NCBI RefSeq assembly: GCF_001194135.2
Contig: NC_068989.1
Location: 72,056,064-72,120,063 of the forward strand
Length of the DNA stretch: 64,000 nucleotides
Source of the DNA: Octopus bimaculoides
Taxonomy: Eukaryota
Direction: 5' to 3'
Below the pieces are notes generated by a model. That model worked only from the letters and a program-made list of their open reading frames with translations. It searched no databases and was not told where the DNA came from. Shown piece by piece: positions 51,553 through 64,000 of the stretch (positions are counted from its first letter, which is position 1; each line of letters starts with the position of its first letter). The translations under genes and the position numbers were made by a program.

Positions 51553-54319
51553 NNNNNNNNNNNNNNNNNNNNNNNNNNNNNNNNNNNNNNNNNNNNNNNN
51601 NNNNNNNNNNNNNNNNNNNNNNNNNNNNNNNNNNNNNNNNNNNNNNNNNNNNNNNNNNNNNNNNNNNNNNNNNNNNNNNNNNNNNNNNNNNNNNNNNNNN
51701 NNNNNNNNNNNNNNNNNNNNNNNNNNNNNNNNNNNNNNNNNNNNNNNNNNNNNNNNNNNNNNNNNNNNNNNNNNNNNNNNNNNNNNNNNNNNNNNNNNNN
51801 NNNNNNNNNNNNNNNNNNNNNNNNNNNNNNNNNNNNNNNNNNNNNNNNNNNNNNNNNNNNNNNNNNNNNNNNNNNNNNNNNNNNNNNNNNNNNNNNNNNN
51901 NNNNNNNNNNNNNNNNNNNNNNNNNNNNNNNNNNNNNNNNNNNNNNNNNNNNNNNNNNNNNNNNNNNNNNNNNNNNNNNNNNNNNNNNNNNNNNNNNNNN
52001 NNNNNNNNNNNNNNNNNNNNNNNNNNNNNNNNNNNNNNNNNNNNNNNNNNNNNNNNNNNNNNNNNNNNNNNNNNNNNNNNNNNNNNNNNNNNNNNNNNNN
52101 NNNNNNNNNNNNNNNNNNNNNNNNNNNNNNNNNNNNNNNNNNNNNNNNNNNNNNNNNNNNNATATATATAAATATATATATATATATACATACACACACG
52201 CATGTGTGTGTGTACAAATTTACTGTTGCTATAATTGTTATTAGTATTATGTTATTTGTTGTATGATGAAAGGTGTAACTTAAAATATTTATGGTGGAAG
52301 TTAACTTTGTCTTTCATCTTTCTAATGTCAGTAGTCTCCTGTCTGGAGACAAGTGAGAGTTGGTGACAGGAAGAGCATCCAACAATAGAAAATATGCTTA
52401 AAAAAATTCCATCCAACCGATGCAAGCATAGAAAAGTAAATGTTAAAAACAATGATGATGACACCCGCACATTTTGTAGCCATTTGGGTTATGACATGTG
52501 CACTCAAGCATGGGCCCTTTCAGTATTTAGTTATGGCCCTTTACAGTCTGAGTTCAAACCCCACTGTGAGTAAGTTTGTGTTCCTTAATATGATGAGTTT
52601 AATTCCCCATGGGATGTGTTTGCTCTCCATTCCACTACAATATTAATACAATAAGTACAAGTAATGTCTTATGGTTGATCCAATTACTTGTACTCCTTTC
52701 TGCCCACCTTATAAACTGTGGCCTTTTGCAAAGTCAAAAGTCATCACCATGATTATGTAAAATAATGGTAGTGAATGATAGAAGCAGGAGACTGTTGGAT
52801 GTCTTGCAGTGTCTAAATTCAAGTCTCATTCTAGACTGTGCTTTTCATCTTTGTGAGATTAATAAAATAAATACCAATCAAATATAAATTATTTTAATGC
52901 AAAATATCTTTTCACCAAGAAAGGTGTATCATCATCATCATCATCCTCCTAAATTATAAATCATTATTTATAAAAATATTAACATTTCTTACAATGAGAA
53001 AATGTATAGCTAGCTACACAATAGAAAAAAATTAACATTCATATGAAATTATCTTGTGATGTATATTTGTTTAAAATCTTAGAAGAATATTATTTTCTTA
53101 GCCCTCCCCAAATCACTTGTAGATGAATGCTTAAACACTCCCATCTTCATCTCAAACTAACTTATACAGAAGATGGTAGTGTGATGGTGGTGGGTTACCA
53201 GATATCATAAAATTAAAATCTGTGTATAGAAAACCTGACAGGAATTTACAAACATGACTATCTCAGAAGAACACATGTGCAAAGCTATAAATACAAGATC
53301 TTTTTTTTGTCAATAGCTATAAATTTACCAAGCCTTAGAGAATATAGAGTTAAAAAGATATTTAAGTATTACTAAAATAACACAAAATATTTACAAAAAG
53401 AAGGTTTTCTTTTTTATGTTTTCACAATCATTTGTTGTAATTTGGTATGTTTGAAGTAAAGTAATATAGTCTTTTTCTGTAAAGATATTTAAAATATGTT
53501 GGTGACTAGCAAACTGGAGTACCAAAATGTACTGACCAAATAGGAAATAGAATTTAGTGGTATAACAGTGATGACTAGAAAAATCAAAACTAAATTTGCT
53601 GAATACAATCAGGTTGGCCAAATGCTACAACAGGATAATGTAAAAATTGCAAGAGAAAGAAAGCAAGGGGTAGATATATTTTATATTGCAATAAGTAAGT
53701 GATTGTACTGTTAGGTACAAATTTCTAATAGGTCAATCACTGGGTCTGAAGTCTTGTAATGGTATCTGTAATCTGATGCAGAACAATCATCTTAAAGGAC
53801 TTTACTCATAAAACCTATTTCAATGTCTTTTTCACCAATCAACATTGGTAAAAGATATATACTCACAAACATATTTTATTCTACAAATTACATAAAGCTG
53901 AGATGATCATTCACTTGGGGGTTCCATTAGAAAAGAGAATTCAAAATAGCCATTTGATGAGCAAGTAGTACTTAAAAGATACGTTGTGTCTTCTGAGTCA
54001 GTTACTTAAAATTAAGATGATAATTAGTTAACTGGATTAGTTAAAAATGGAAACACAATCATTGAAACAATTAAAATTACTACCTTTGATTTCGATGTAA
54101 GAAGAAATGGAAGTTTTCAATGGAATTAATTTACCATTAGATGAAGTACAAGCTGTCAAGACTTAATTTTAGAACCTGCAGCAGTAATATACCTTAATAG
54201 ATATATATGAAAATAACATTTATAAAGAATATCTAAAAGGTGAAAATATGAACCTCAGATACAATACTATCAGTTAAATGTTGTCTTATTTTGAAACTTC
54301 TTAAAAAACAAAAATCACT

Positions 54320-54525
54320 TTAACCTTTTTGATATCAGTTCAAGACCGTACCTGATTCTATAACACAAACCTCCTGTTTTGAAGTGATCTAAATTAAAAG
54401 CTTCCAACAAAATTTCATATAAGTTCCAAACATTAGCTTAATAATGACATTTTTAAAACTAACTAAACAACTAACTAAAACAAATTCAGTTTATTCCAAC
54501 AGGAATATGGTAACAAAAGGGTTAA
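54320..54525. mobile_element. TTAA-flanked piggyBac-like MITE
   Basis: TTAACCTTTTTGATA ... TAACAAAAGGGTTAA; TTAA on both sides. Confidence 0.7.
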
Positions 54526-55045
54526 CAAAAATATCCAATTTAAAGAGGGGCAACTGTCAACATATGAATCAAATTAAAACAGGTATAAATGTGTGCCTGG
54601 CAGGTATAAATCAAGTAAGACTTAGCAGTATAAATGCTATTCTTAAGATTTGTAAATTTCATAAATATTCTATGATAAAATTAGAGCAACATTGATTAAT
54701 CTAACAATTCCAATAAATAACAATCTCACTTAACCACAAGTTTCCAATATCTGAAGGAATCATATTTTTTTGATTCTTTTTTTATAAAAAATTCATAAAA
54801 GACTGATTTTTATAACACTTAGTTTGTCTTAATAATTGATTTCAAAACAGACCAAAAAGCTTAAGTATTAACAGCAAACTTACAAACATAAAATAAAAAA
54901 CAGGAGGGTTACTTTTTTTTAGTTCCCAAAAAATAACAAGATAACACAATTGATTAGCAGTGTACACACATACACACACAGAAGCAGACATACACATGAA
55001 TACAACATACAGGCAGGAACACATATGTTCACAACACTGAGGCAG

Positions 55046-55105
<60 letters not shown>

Positions 55106-56068
55106 GCAGGCTCACACAGGTAGGCATGTGCACACATCCCNNNNNNNNNNCAAACACACACACAAAAAAAAAAGCAAGGTAGCTACTAATCAATTGGTGT
55201 AAATTAAGAGCAAATGTTTTAGCACTTAGTAGGTGGTATCCTGATTTCAAGCTGTTCAACGAGAGGGAAAAAAATGGTCTCTAGCTTCAAGCATTGGAAC
55301 AAACTTGATAGTAATGCCTTGACTATTGATTCTTTGAACAAAATTTCAAAACAAATAATATAATTATGCATTAAGAGCAGCAGTTAACTAGCAGAATTGC
55401 TAGAGCATCAGACATATGCCATGCTGTATTTGTTCCAGTTCTTTGCATCATGAGTTTGAATTCTGCCTAATATCAATTCTGCTTTTCATCCTTCTGGTAT
55501 CACTAAAATAAAGTGCTAGCTAAGCACAAGGGTTGATTCTTTTCTCTCAGAATCAGTTATGCTGTTTTCTGAGAAAGATGTAGGAGATCACTCACAGCAT
55601 CCCTTTACTCTAAGATAACCACTTCTACTGCATCACAGTGGAGGAATATGGCCACTGAGACCCTGATGCATGATAGTGATGATGAATTGTACATAAGGAA
55701 AAGAGAGCTGAAGCTGGTTTCCATAATAGTAGTTCAGTCTACCACTAACTGAATGATGAGATGAGGGTTCTTATCTTGTCCTTAGCATTGCACTATGTGC
55801 CTGGCAAAGACACTTAATTCTTAACCTATTGCACTTAGAAGTAAATAGGTAGAGAGGCACACTTCACAAATGGTGACCAGATGGGACACTGACTAATTAA
55901 TGTGTGTATGTAAATCTTGTCAGTAGTCAGTGTTACAGTGTGAGATTCTGAAGTTGAGATACATGAAGTTTAATAGCAAGTTTGTACAAATGAAGCATTG
56001 GATAACTTTAGTGGAATCCAAATCACAAGGAACCATAGAACTTATGTAAATTGCTAGTTTCTATAGCA

Positions 56069-56298
56069 TTAACTGTTTTGATATCAATGCACCTGAGGTC
56101 ACCCTTGGTCCTATGATATAAACTTCCTGTTTTTAAATGTTTTAGACTAAAACCTTTCATCAAAAACTTCATGTTGATTCCTGCTCCTAACACTAGAGCT
56201 TACTAATAAAGTTATTTTACTAAATACTTCATTATTTTCAAAGTTAATTGAAACAAAGTTAGTGTATTTCAATGAAAATTTGGTAATAAAAGGGTTAA
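56069..56298. mobile_element. TTAA-flanked piggyBac-like MITE, same family
   Basis: TTAACTGTTTTGATA ... TAATAAAAGGGTTAA; internal similarity to 54320 and 1243. Confidence 0.7.
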
Positions 56299-57662
56299 GT
56301 AAATAAAAGTTTCTCTCTCTCTCTCTCTCTCTCTGATATGATACTGAGTAATTGCAGGAATACTTGAACTTCGCACTATAGAGTTAATCAATCATTCATC
56401 AATTTTATTGTGCAGCTGTTACCTGCATTTTCAAAATATACAACTCATGGTGCATAGTTTTAATCATTGATTCTCATTTATTTTTTAGGACATAGTGTAT
56501 ACAAACCTGATCAAATGTGTGCTTTTTTTTAAGATATGAGGCTGTCATTTAAGGGAAATTGTCTGCTATTTCGAGCAGGCTGAATGACTCGTAGAGTTTC
56601 TCTCATAGGCTTGTTACATTATCTATTTAGCACTAGACGGATTTGTCCAATGAGCTAAGTGTCTTAGTCATGGACACAATACAGTGTTGGTGAGAGGATG
56701 TGGACTGTTAACCTCCTGACCAGTTGTCAAATAGCATACCAACTGAGTTATCCACATTTTCATCATATAAATTAGTAGCATATTCTAACATTAAGAACCA
56801 TTCATGCTCAGCTTAGAACTTAATATCACCATAAATAACTATGATTTGATTTTAAAGAAACTTTAAAAAAGTAACTGACCAATAGAAATATAAAACTGCA
56901 TTTTAATAATAAAACACAAACAAAATTAATGGTAAGTTGTATTCAAGTAAAATACACACATTTACACCATGTATATCTCTTCATTCAAAATTGTGGAGAT
57001 TTCCTTATTTTACACATTCATCCAAATTAGTTTAGTGACTTTGAACTTAAAGCTGACCTCAGTTTAATTCTCTTTAGTGTTGCTGATGTCAGAGCTAAGT
57101 TCAAGGCGTGCTTCTTATTTTAACATAAAACACCTCTTCTAATATCTTTTTTTATTATTTCTTTTGTTTCTTTCTGACCACCATTGACCTCAACTTCACA
57201 GTATTAATTTAAGCAGCGGTTCTCAAAAGATTTGTTTAGTTCATACAACCGTGTTTTTAACGAGGTCCTCTTGTGTAGAAGTAGCTACCAATTTCTTTTG
57301 ATATCTGCTGGCTTAACTGACCTGAATTTTATTGTTTAAACTATCATAGCATATCTCCTTTTTGTTTGATATATAGTTTGTCTTCAGTTATAATGGCACT
57401 AATACAGTAAATACAGATATTAGCACAAGCCTCATTTAGAGTACAATGCCATTATTCTTTACAAAATCATTTCAAATACAACTGATATCCTCAAAAAAAA
57501 AAAAAAAAAAAGAAGACTAGAATGAGATGAGGAGAGTAGTAGGTCTTGTCGGAGACTACAAGCAAGAGAATTTAAGTATGATTTAAGTTTGAAATTTAAA
57601 GGGACATAGGTAATTACCACTAAGTATTCTATCTGATGCATTACAAATTTTGTCATTCATTG

Positions 57663-57698
<36 letters not shown>

Positions 57699-59699
57699 CA
57701 TAATAATCATAATAATAATAATAACAAATGCCTGAATGCAGTACCAGGCAGTGGCTCTCATGGCTTCTGATCTTAATTGATTGGAAGTGTTATCATGTAC
57801 ATTGTTTTGTCTTCGTATAAAAGGTGGGCTACATCTTTTACTCGTGATTTTACTCATAAGGAATGGGTTGACCCAAGGCTATCTATAGAAAAATGATAAT
57901 TGCCCAAGATGCCAGAGTATGAAACTGAATCCAAAGCCCCACTACCATTTATTTCTCTTGGTTTCATTTATATAATCAGAAAATACTATAAATTCATTAC
58001 ATATCCTTCTGTATTCACTTATCTCATCATACAAAGACATAAAATGTTAAATATATGTTTATTAGTATATATATAGATGGTAACTAAAGATGATTAACTC
58101 ATAACAAATTTTGTACACATGAATATAGTTGCCTAGGCAAACCTGGTTGTATAATATAATGATTTTGTTGGATTAGACACAAGGCCAATTATTTATTCTC
58201 AGAAAGGGTGGAGCAAATTCAATCAACCTAGAGTTGATAGGGGACTCAGTATTACCCAACCTGCTAGAAATAGAAGTTAAGAACACGACTCTTACTGAAT
58301 CAACATAAAGTCTTATCTTATAGAAAAGAAAAAAGGAAGGATAAGTCTCAGATACATAATTCCTGAAAAGTAAAATGAGTAAGTCACATCTGTTTAATCA
58401 GAACTGGCCTGGAGTTGAATAACAGATACAATAATAATATATTATTGGTACTTAATTGGTAAACTCTGGGTGAAAAAGTTAAGGCATAAACGATCTTGTG
58501 GACTCAGAATGTCTCCTTTCCCCAGCCTTTGATATCACTACTACAGGACCCTCTGTTCCTTAGAGCTGGCTTGTCTTGGGTTATATCCACTCACACACTC
58601 CTGACTTACTCATCTTTTCTCATAACTCATTGTGTCTTAGCTCTTCCTTCCCAGAGCATTGTCTTTCTGGCATTCTCTCTTTGCTCATGTTTTCCCTGCA
58701 GCTGACAACTTGCAACTATTCAATGAAAGCCTTAAATTTCTTAACTGCATTGCTCTCATTGGACCTTGAAGGGCCTGTGAAAGTCATGAACTCAGGCTTT
58801 TCCTTCATAGCAAACAAATGAAAAAAAAAACCCAGCAAAACAATGCTCCACTATTTCTATCAATATGTTGTTTTATACTATAAAAAGCATTGCATAACAA
58901 TATAACACAAAACAGCAATATTAATATTAGAAACAACAAATGCTCGTACAAACATACTAACTGTAAGATATGCATAAGTTTTAAATCAGTATTTGCTCAA
59001 CTGTAATCTCTTAGCCAATGCCCATCACATTGTATTGTTTTAGAATATTATATTGTTGATAGAACAACCAAGGAAACAGCTTGCAGTATTCAGGTCAGAG
59101 CCTTAAGTTCTTAGTTCAATTCCTGCCAGAGTTGACTTTATGTTTTATCCTTCTAAAGGTCTATGAAAAAAGTACAAGTGAAGCACTGGGCTGATCTCAT
59201 TGGTTACATCCTCCCAGAAATTCTACAAAATTCTTCTTTAGAAATAAAAAAAAAATGGTAACAAAAATAAACTTAATGTATTCTTAATATAACCAATTAT
59301 TAAACAAGCATTCATTATTCATAAGCATCACAATCTATGATAGATTTTATTTTTATAGAATTCGATTATGAAACTACATTACTGCAAAAGGCACTATGTA
59401 CCTCATTATCAGATCCTATAACAGTATATATCATTAAAAATACAAAACTGTGACTCAAGAGCCTTGGTGTAGTTTGAGCCACTGTCTTAGCTTCTCAGCT
59501 TTAAACAATATAAATATGAAAGATATTGAACACACATTACATACATGCAAACACATTACTTACATACATACACACACATATACATATAAAAGTTGAGTCA
59601 CTTGTATAGTACAAAAAGCAAAGTATAAAAGAAATCTTTTGAGAACTTCTGAACATCAGTTAAATTCTCATACAACTGGGTATAATAGTAATAATGATC

Positions 59700-59934
59700 T
59701 CAAATACTGACACAAGGCTAGAAATTTTGGAAGAGTGGGTAAGTCAATTACATAGATCCCAGTACTCAACTGGTACTTATTTGGTACTTAATTGGTGATA
59801 TTAAGAATACATTAAGTACTGAAAGGATGAAAGGCAAAGTCGACCGCGGCAGCATTTGAACTCAGAACATACAAACGGATGAAATGCTGGTAGGCATTTT
59901 GCTCAGTGCACTAATGATTCTGCCACTCACCGCC

Positions 59935-59996
<62 letters not shown>

Positions 59997-59997
59997 C
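59700..59997 (-). mobile_element. AAT-family SINE followed by a long (AAT)n
   Basis: gaaaggatgaaaggcaaagtcgaccgcggcagcatttgaactcagaac core; (AAT)n about 59937-59996. Confidence 0.8.
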
Positions 59998-62304
59998 ACT
60001 TAATGACTTTCTTAGCAATGAAATAAATAAAACAATAACAATCAAAACATTAAAAGATATCTTGAAAAGAAATCCCTAGACATTTGAATGATTCAGAAAA
60101 GATGAAACTGGATTAAATGAAAAGTGCTGGTAAAAATTCAGTAAATGTTGAAAACAAAATGAAATATGATTACATGAAATTAAAAGTTAATACTATGGAT
60201 TTCATATAGAAAATGACACAAAAACATTAATTAATAAAGTAGCATTATCAGTACCTCTTTAGTATATTTTTGGTAGGTCACCATAGTTTACTGCATATAT
60301 GGATATATATATATGTATATATATGTGTGTATGTGTGCAGATATGTATATATATTTTAGTATGCCGATATTTCAAATGGTAGTCAACTGTAACAACTTGC
60401 CAAGCCACACACCCACCCACACCCACAGGCATCAAAGAACGGTTACTATATGAAAAGGGCAAATGTTGATATATTAACAGCCAATCGTTTTATTTTAATA
60501 ATATATTCATCAGCTGTTAGAAACAGATTTTGAATATACATACTGGACAGAGAGAGAGAGAGAGAGAGGGGGGGGATAGAGATACAGAGATAGAGAGAGC
60601 ATGCAGAAACAAAAGCAGTTCTGTTTTTGTTTCAATGGCAAGCCGGAAAAAGCAGAAAGAGTACATAGAAACTGCTGCTAGCCAAATCAAACATCTGGAA
60701 GGCAAGTTGGAAGATACTAACTGTTTGATTGGGCGGTTATTTTCAAAAATAACTGTAATATATTTCATTTGACAGAGATGGATTATATCAGATTTTTTAC
60801 TTTTACTTTATATATTCTCTATTGGAATATCAATACATAATCTAATTGAGTTTCTGGAAGAATACCAGATTAATTGATACCAGATTGTTTTTCGTATATT
60901 CTTGGGGATATTCATTTTCAACATAATTTCACTGTTTTCGAGAGAGACTTATACAGCTTTTTAATATTGAGAAATGGGTGTGTACTTAAGAAGTTTGTTT
61001 CCCAACCACATGACTTTGGGTTCAATCCTACTGTGTGAGACCTTGGGCAACTTCAACTGTAGTCCTGGCTGCCACCTAAAGAAGCCTTGGGAGTTGATTT
61101 GGAAGATGGAATCTCAAAAAAACCTGTCATATATATGTTTATATATGTATATGCATATATATGTATATGTGCCCGTGTGTCTGTGGCTATGTGTATGTGG
61201 CTGTGTGTCTGTGGCCAGTCTTGTGTTGACATCATATGATTACTATAAATGAGAGTCACTGTCATATTAGCAGTGTGTCTAATCTTCAATGCTTGTTTCT
61301 AATCATCAATGAAAACATGTACAATTATGAGGAAATATTACCTTGGTGAGGGGTGGTGACAGAAAGGGCATCTAGCCATAGAAAATCAGCTTCAACAAAT
61401 TCCATCTGACCCATACAAGAATGGGGGGAAAATGGACATTGCCTTTAACATAGAACCCACTCATACTATTTAGTATTTTACAGATGACTCTCACCACCCA
61501 AATATTAATAAGGTTTTAAATGAAACAATATTCATAAAATCAGAAATCAGTGCAGGACTGATGACTTATGGAAACATTTTAATTTTTTTATCAGGTTCAA
61601 AATTTTCAAAGGATGGAATAGACTACTTATGTTGTGTTTGAGCTGTCAGGATGTTACATTCTTCAGAAATTCCATGCTTCTTGAAATTAACCATTTTTAA
61701 ATAAAATAAATTTTTATTAAATTTTATTAAGAGGTAACTTATCTTGTGGAACCTGAAAATTTTTTTATGGGGTTCAGGAACTCGTTAGGACCCAGTTTGG
61801 AAACTGCCAGAAAGAAGTTGAAACATAGTATTCTCCACTGTTTTACATCAACTTTTTTGATGTGTTCATGGTTATTTGTTATTAAAACAGTTAATGTTTT
61901 TACTGCTAGATAGACTTCCTAATGCTAACCAGTTAATTCCAGTGTAGCAATGAAACAGGTTGTTGATCAAACAAAATGAAGTAAGCATGTGCTTCGCCCA
62001 AGGACAAAAAATAACATTAAGAAAGGTTTGAATTCATGACCATGAAGTTTGTTATTTGTCACCTGAAACTCATAATGCACGTCTTTACTGCATTAATTGG
62101 TTTATAATTATAAAAATTTATATATAGTGAACTAAAACACAAAAAGTTTGCTTGCTCTATTCAATAACCAAAAATTACAACTAAGTAGAACTAAAAGATT
62201 AAATGATTATCAAGATTTCAAGCAATAATCCTTTATCCTTAGAGAATGAGTTCAGTTGGGACAAAAAAGACAGTAGTCTTTAAAATCTACATAGAAATTC
62301 AACA

Positions 62305-62306
<2 letters not shown>

Positions 62307-62388
<82 letters not shown>
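62307..62388. repeat. (CA)n microsatellite, about 40 units
   Basis: Directly visible. Confidence 0.97.
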
Positions 62389-62390
<2 letters not shown>

Positions 62391-63653
62391 CTATCAAAGC
62401 TGAAAAAAACTTCACAAACTGCTACTCAGAGTTTTATGTGGCTGTTCACCTGACAGTTGTGTGATACAGACTAGTGACGAAATTTTTTGGGCTTTAATGA
62501 AATAGTATTCTATTCTATCTTTCGTATTTGAGTACTACTTTTTCCACCTTATTTTGCACCTGTGTGTGTGTGTGAAGGATACTGACAAAGCTATTTAACT
62601 AAATTCTTCAATATTGTCAAAATTAATTAAAACAAAGACAATGTATTTCAAGAGGAGTATAGAAAGGAAAGGATTAAAGAAACAGTACATCAATTATATA
62701 GTCTAGATCTAAATTAGCACTTCACTCACAAATCCTTGCCACTACCTTCAAATCATCTATCTATGCTATGTTGTATGAAATCTTGTCAAGTAGCTAGCTT
62801 TCTACTTGGGATTAACTGTTCAGTATAGGGTTTGTTGTTCTAGGTATATTAGAATTTGAGAACATATTCCTGTAAAAAGTTGCTAAAAGGATTGTCTGAT
62901 TGAAGACCTGAGTGATGTAATTAATAAGTATATCAAATGGAAGTTCTATTCATGACTAAAATAATGAATAAGAGGAAGAAATAAGGGAAACAGGAGGGGA
63001 GACAAAATGATCTAATGAATGCATGCTGACATGTGAATCATCAAGGGTTTTATGGGTTAATATGCTGTCCTGTTAAGCATAATTTCAGAAAACAAAACAA
63101 AACAAAGTTGGGAAAAAAAAAAAAATCAATAGCACAGAGATGTTGGAACCATGCCATCATCATAAAAATTAATGTAAAATCAATGATAATGCAAGTTTTA
63201 TTTGGAATATGCATCAGATTGTAAGTATTACCTGCAGAACAGCTCAAATGAGCTATATATTATGTAAAAAATGAAGGCTGAATTTTCAGGGAGATAGACT
63301 GGAATAGATTTTTCTCTATATGATCTGAGATAAATAGAAAATTTGTCAACTAAGCATCTTGCATGGTTGAGAAAGTTGTTTTAGTTAGTGAAATTTTTAT
63401 TATAATCAGATTCTCTTCATATTCCTAACTACTCATCAGTGAAATAGGAGAAGAACAGTTTTTTTTTTGTCAGTTAGGCAAACTGGTGTAAAATAACTAT
63501 GTGTCTTATTTGCAAGACTATAGTAAAATTTGAACTTATGACCACATAGTTTGTATCTAGTTCATTCAGTAGCATAAGTTCACAGATATAGTACTTCCAA
63601 ATATAGAAAGAAAAAAAACTAACAAAACAAAAAAAAAACAAAGAAAAATACCT

Positions 63654-63765
63654 GAGCCTGGTGTTGCCATCCGGTTTCACCAGTCCTCAGTCAAATCGTC
63701 CAACCCATGCTAGCATGGAAAGCGGACGTTAAACGATGATGATGATGATGATGATGATGATGATA
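63654..63765 (+). mobile_element. 5'-truncated (GAT)n-tailed SINE end
   Basis: About 90 nt identical by eye to 41123-41213. Confidence 0.85.
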
Positions 63766-63852
63766 TATATATATATATATATTGGAGGGTTTGGAGGTGA
63801 TGTACAGAAATTATATAGAAAAAAATTAAGGTACTCAGAAATCTGGATGTTT

Positions 63853-64000
63853 GTACATTTACAGATTTTTATTAATGTCACATATTAAATAAAGTGCTTT
63901 TCACCTAGTCGTGTAGGATTTTCAAATTTGAAAATCTTACACGGCTAGGTGAAAAGCGCTTTATTTAATATATGACATTAATAAAAATCTGTAAATGTAC
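63853..64000. repeat. Loopless palindrome, 74-bp arms (may extend beyond the window), centre 63926/63927
   Basis: Arms are reverse complements with 4 transition mismatches. Confidence 0.95.

Noticed and set aside
57040-57420. Possible LINE ORF2 fragment on the minus strand
   Set aside because: The frames I examined contain frequent stops and no RT or endonuclease motif was recognisable
58607-58700. Purine-rich minus-strand segment ending at a GTAAGT donor (possible UTR exon)
   Set aside because: Poor acceptor, stops in the frames examined, no independent support

Overview
AT-rich eukaryotic genomic DNA with seven N-gaps and dense (TA)n/(CA)n/(AAT)n/(GAT)n microsatellites. The repeat landscape resembles octopus/cephalopod DNA (inference from recalled repeat families; no search was run). 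The window lies almost entirely inside one large minus-strand gene, a FHOD-family formin (FHOD1/FHOD3/Fhos orthologue). I reconstructed 11 GT-AG coding exons (48573 down to 2053, 1147 nt) that splice in one continuous frame of about 382 aa. They cover the GTPase-binding domain, the FH3/armadillo region and the start of the linker. The first coding exon and the FH1/FH2/DAD exons were not found and probably lie outside the window. The introns contain several tRNA-derived SINE families (often in head-to-tail or nested arrays), TTAA-flanked piggyBac-like MITEs, a hAT-like MITE, a truncated mariner, RTE-like and R4/Dong-like LINE 3' ends, and several long inverted repeats. The items most worth follow-up are a frame-preserving cassette exon, a few candidate cryptic or alternative exons, a pre-miRNA-sized hairpin near an exon, a local inverted duplication, a foldback element and a loopless palindrome. 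I found no convincing evidence of a wholly new biological system. Most long entries in the ORF track are artefacts of N-gaps and microsatellites.
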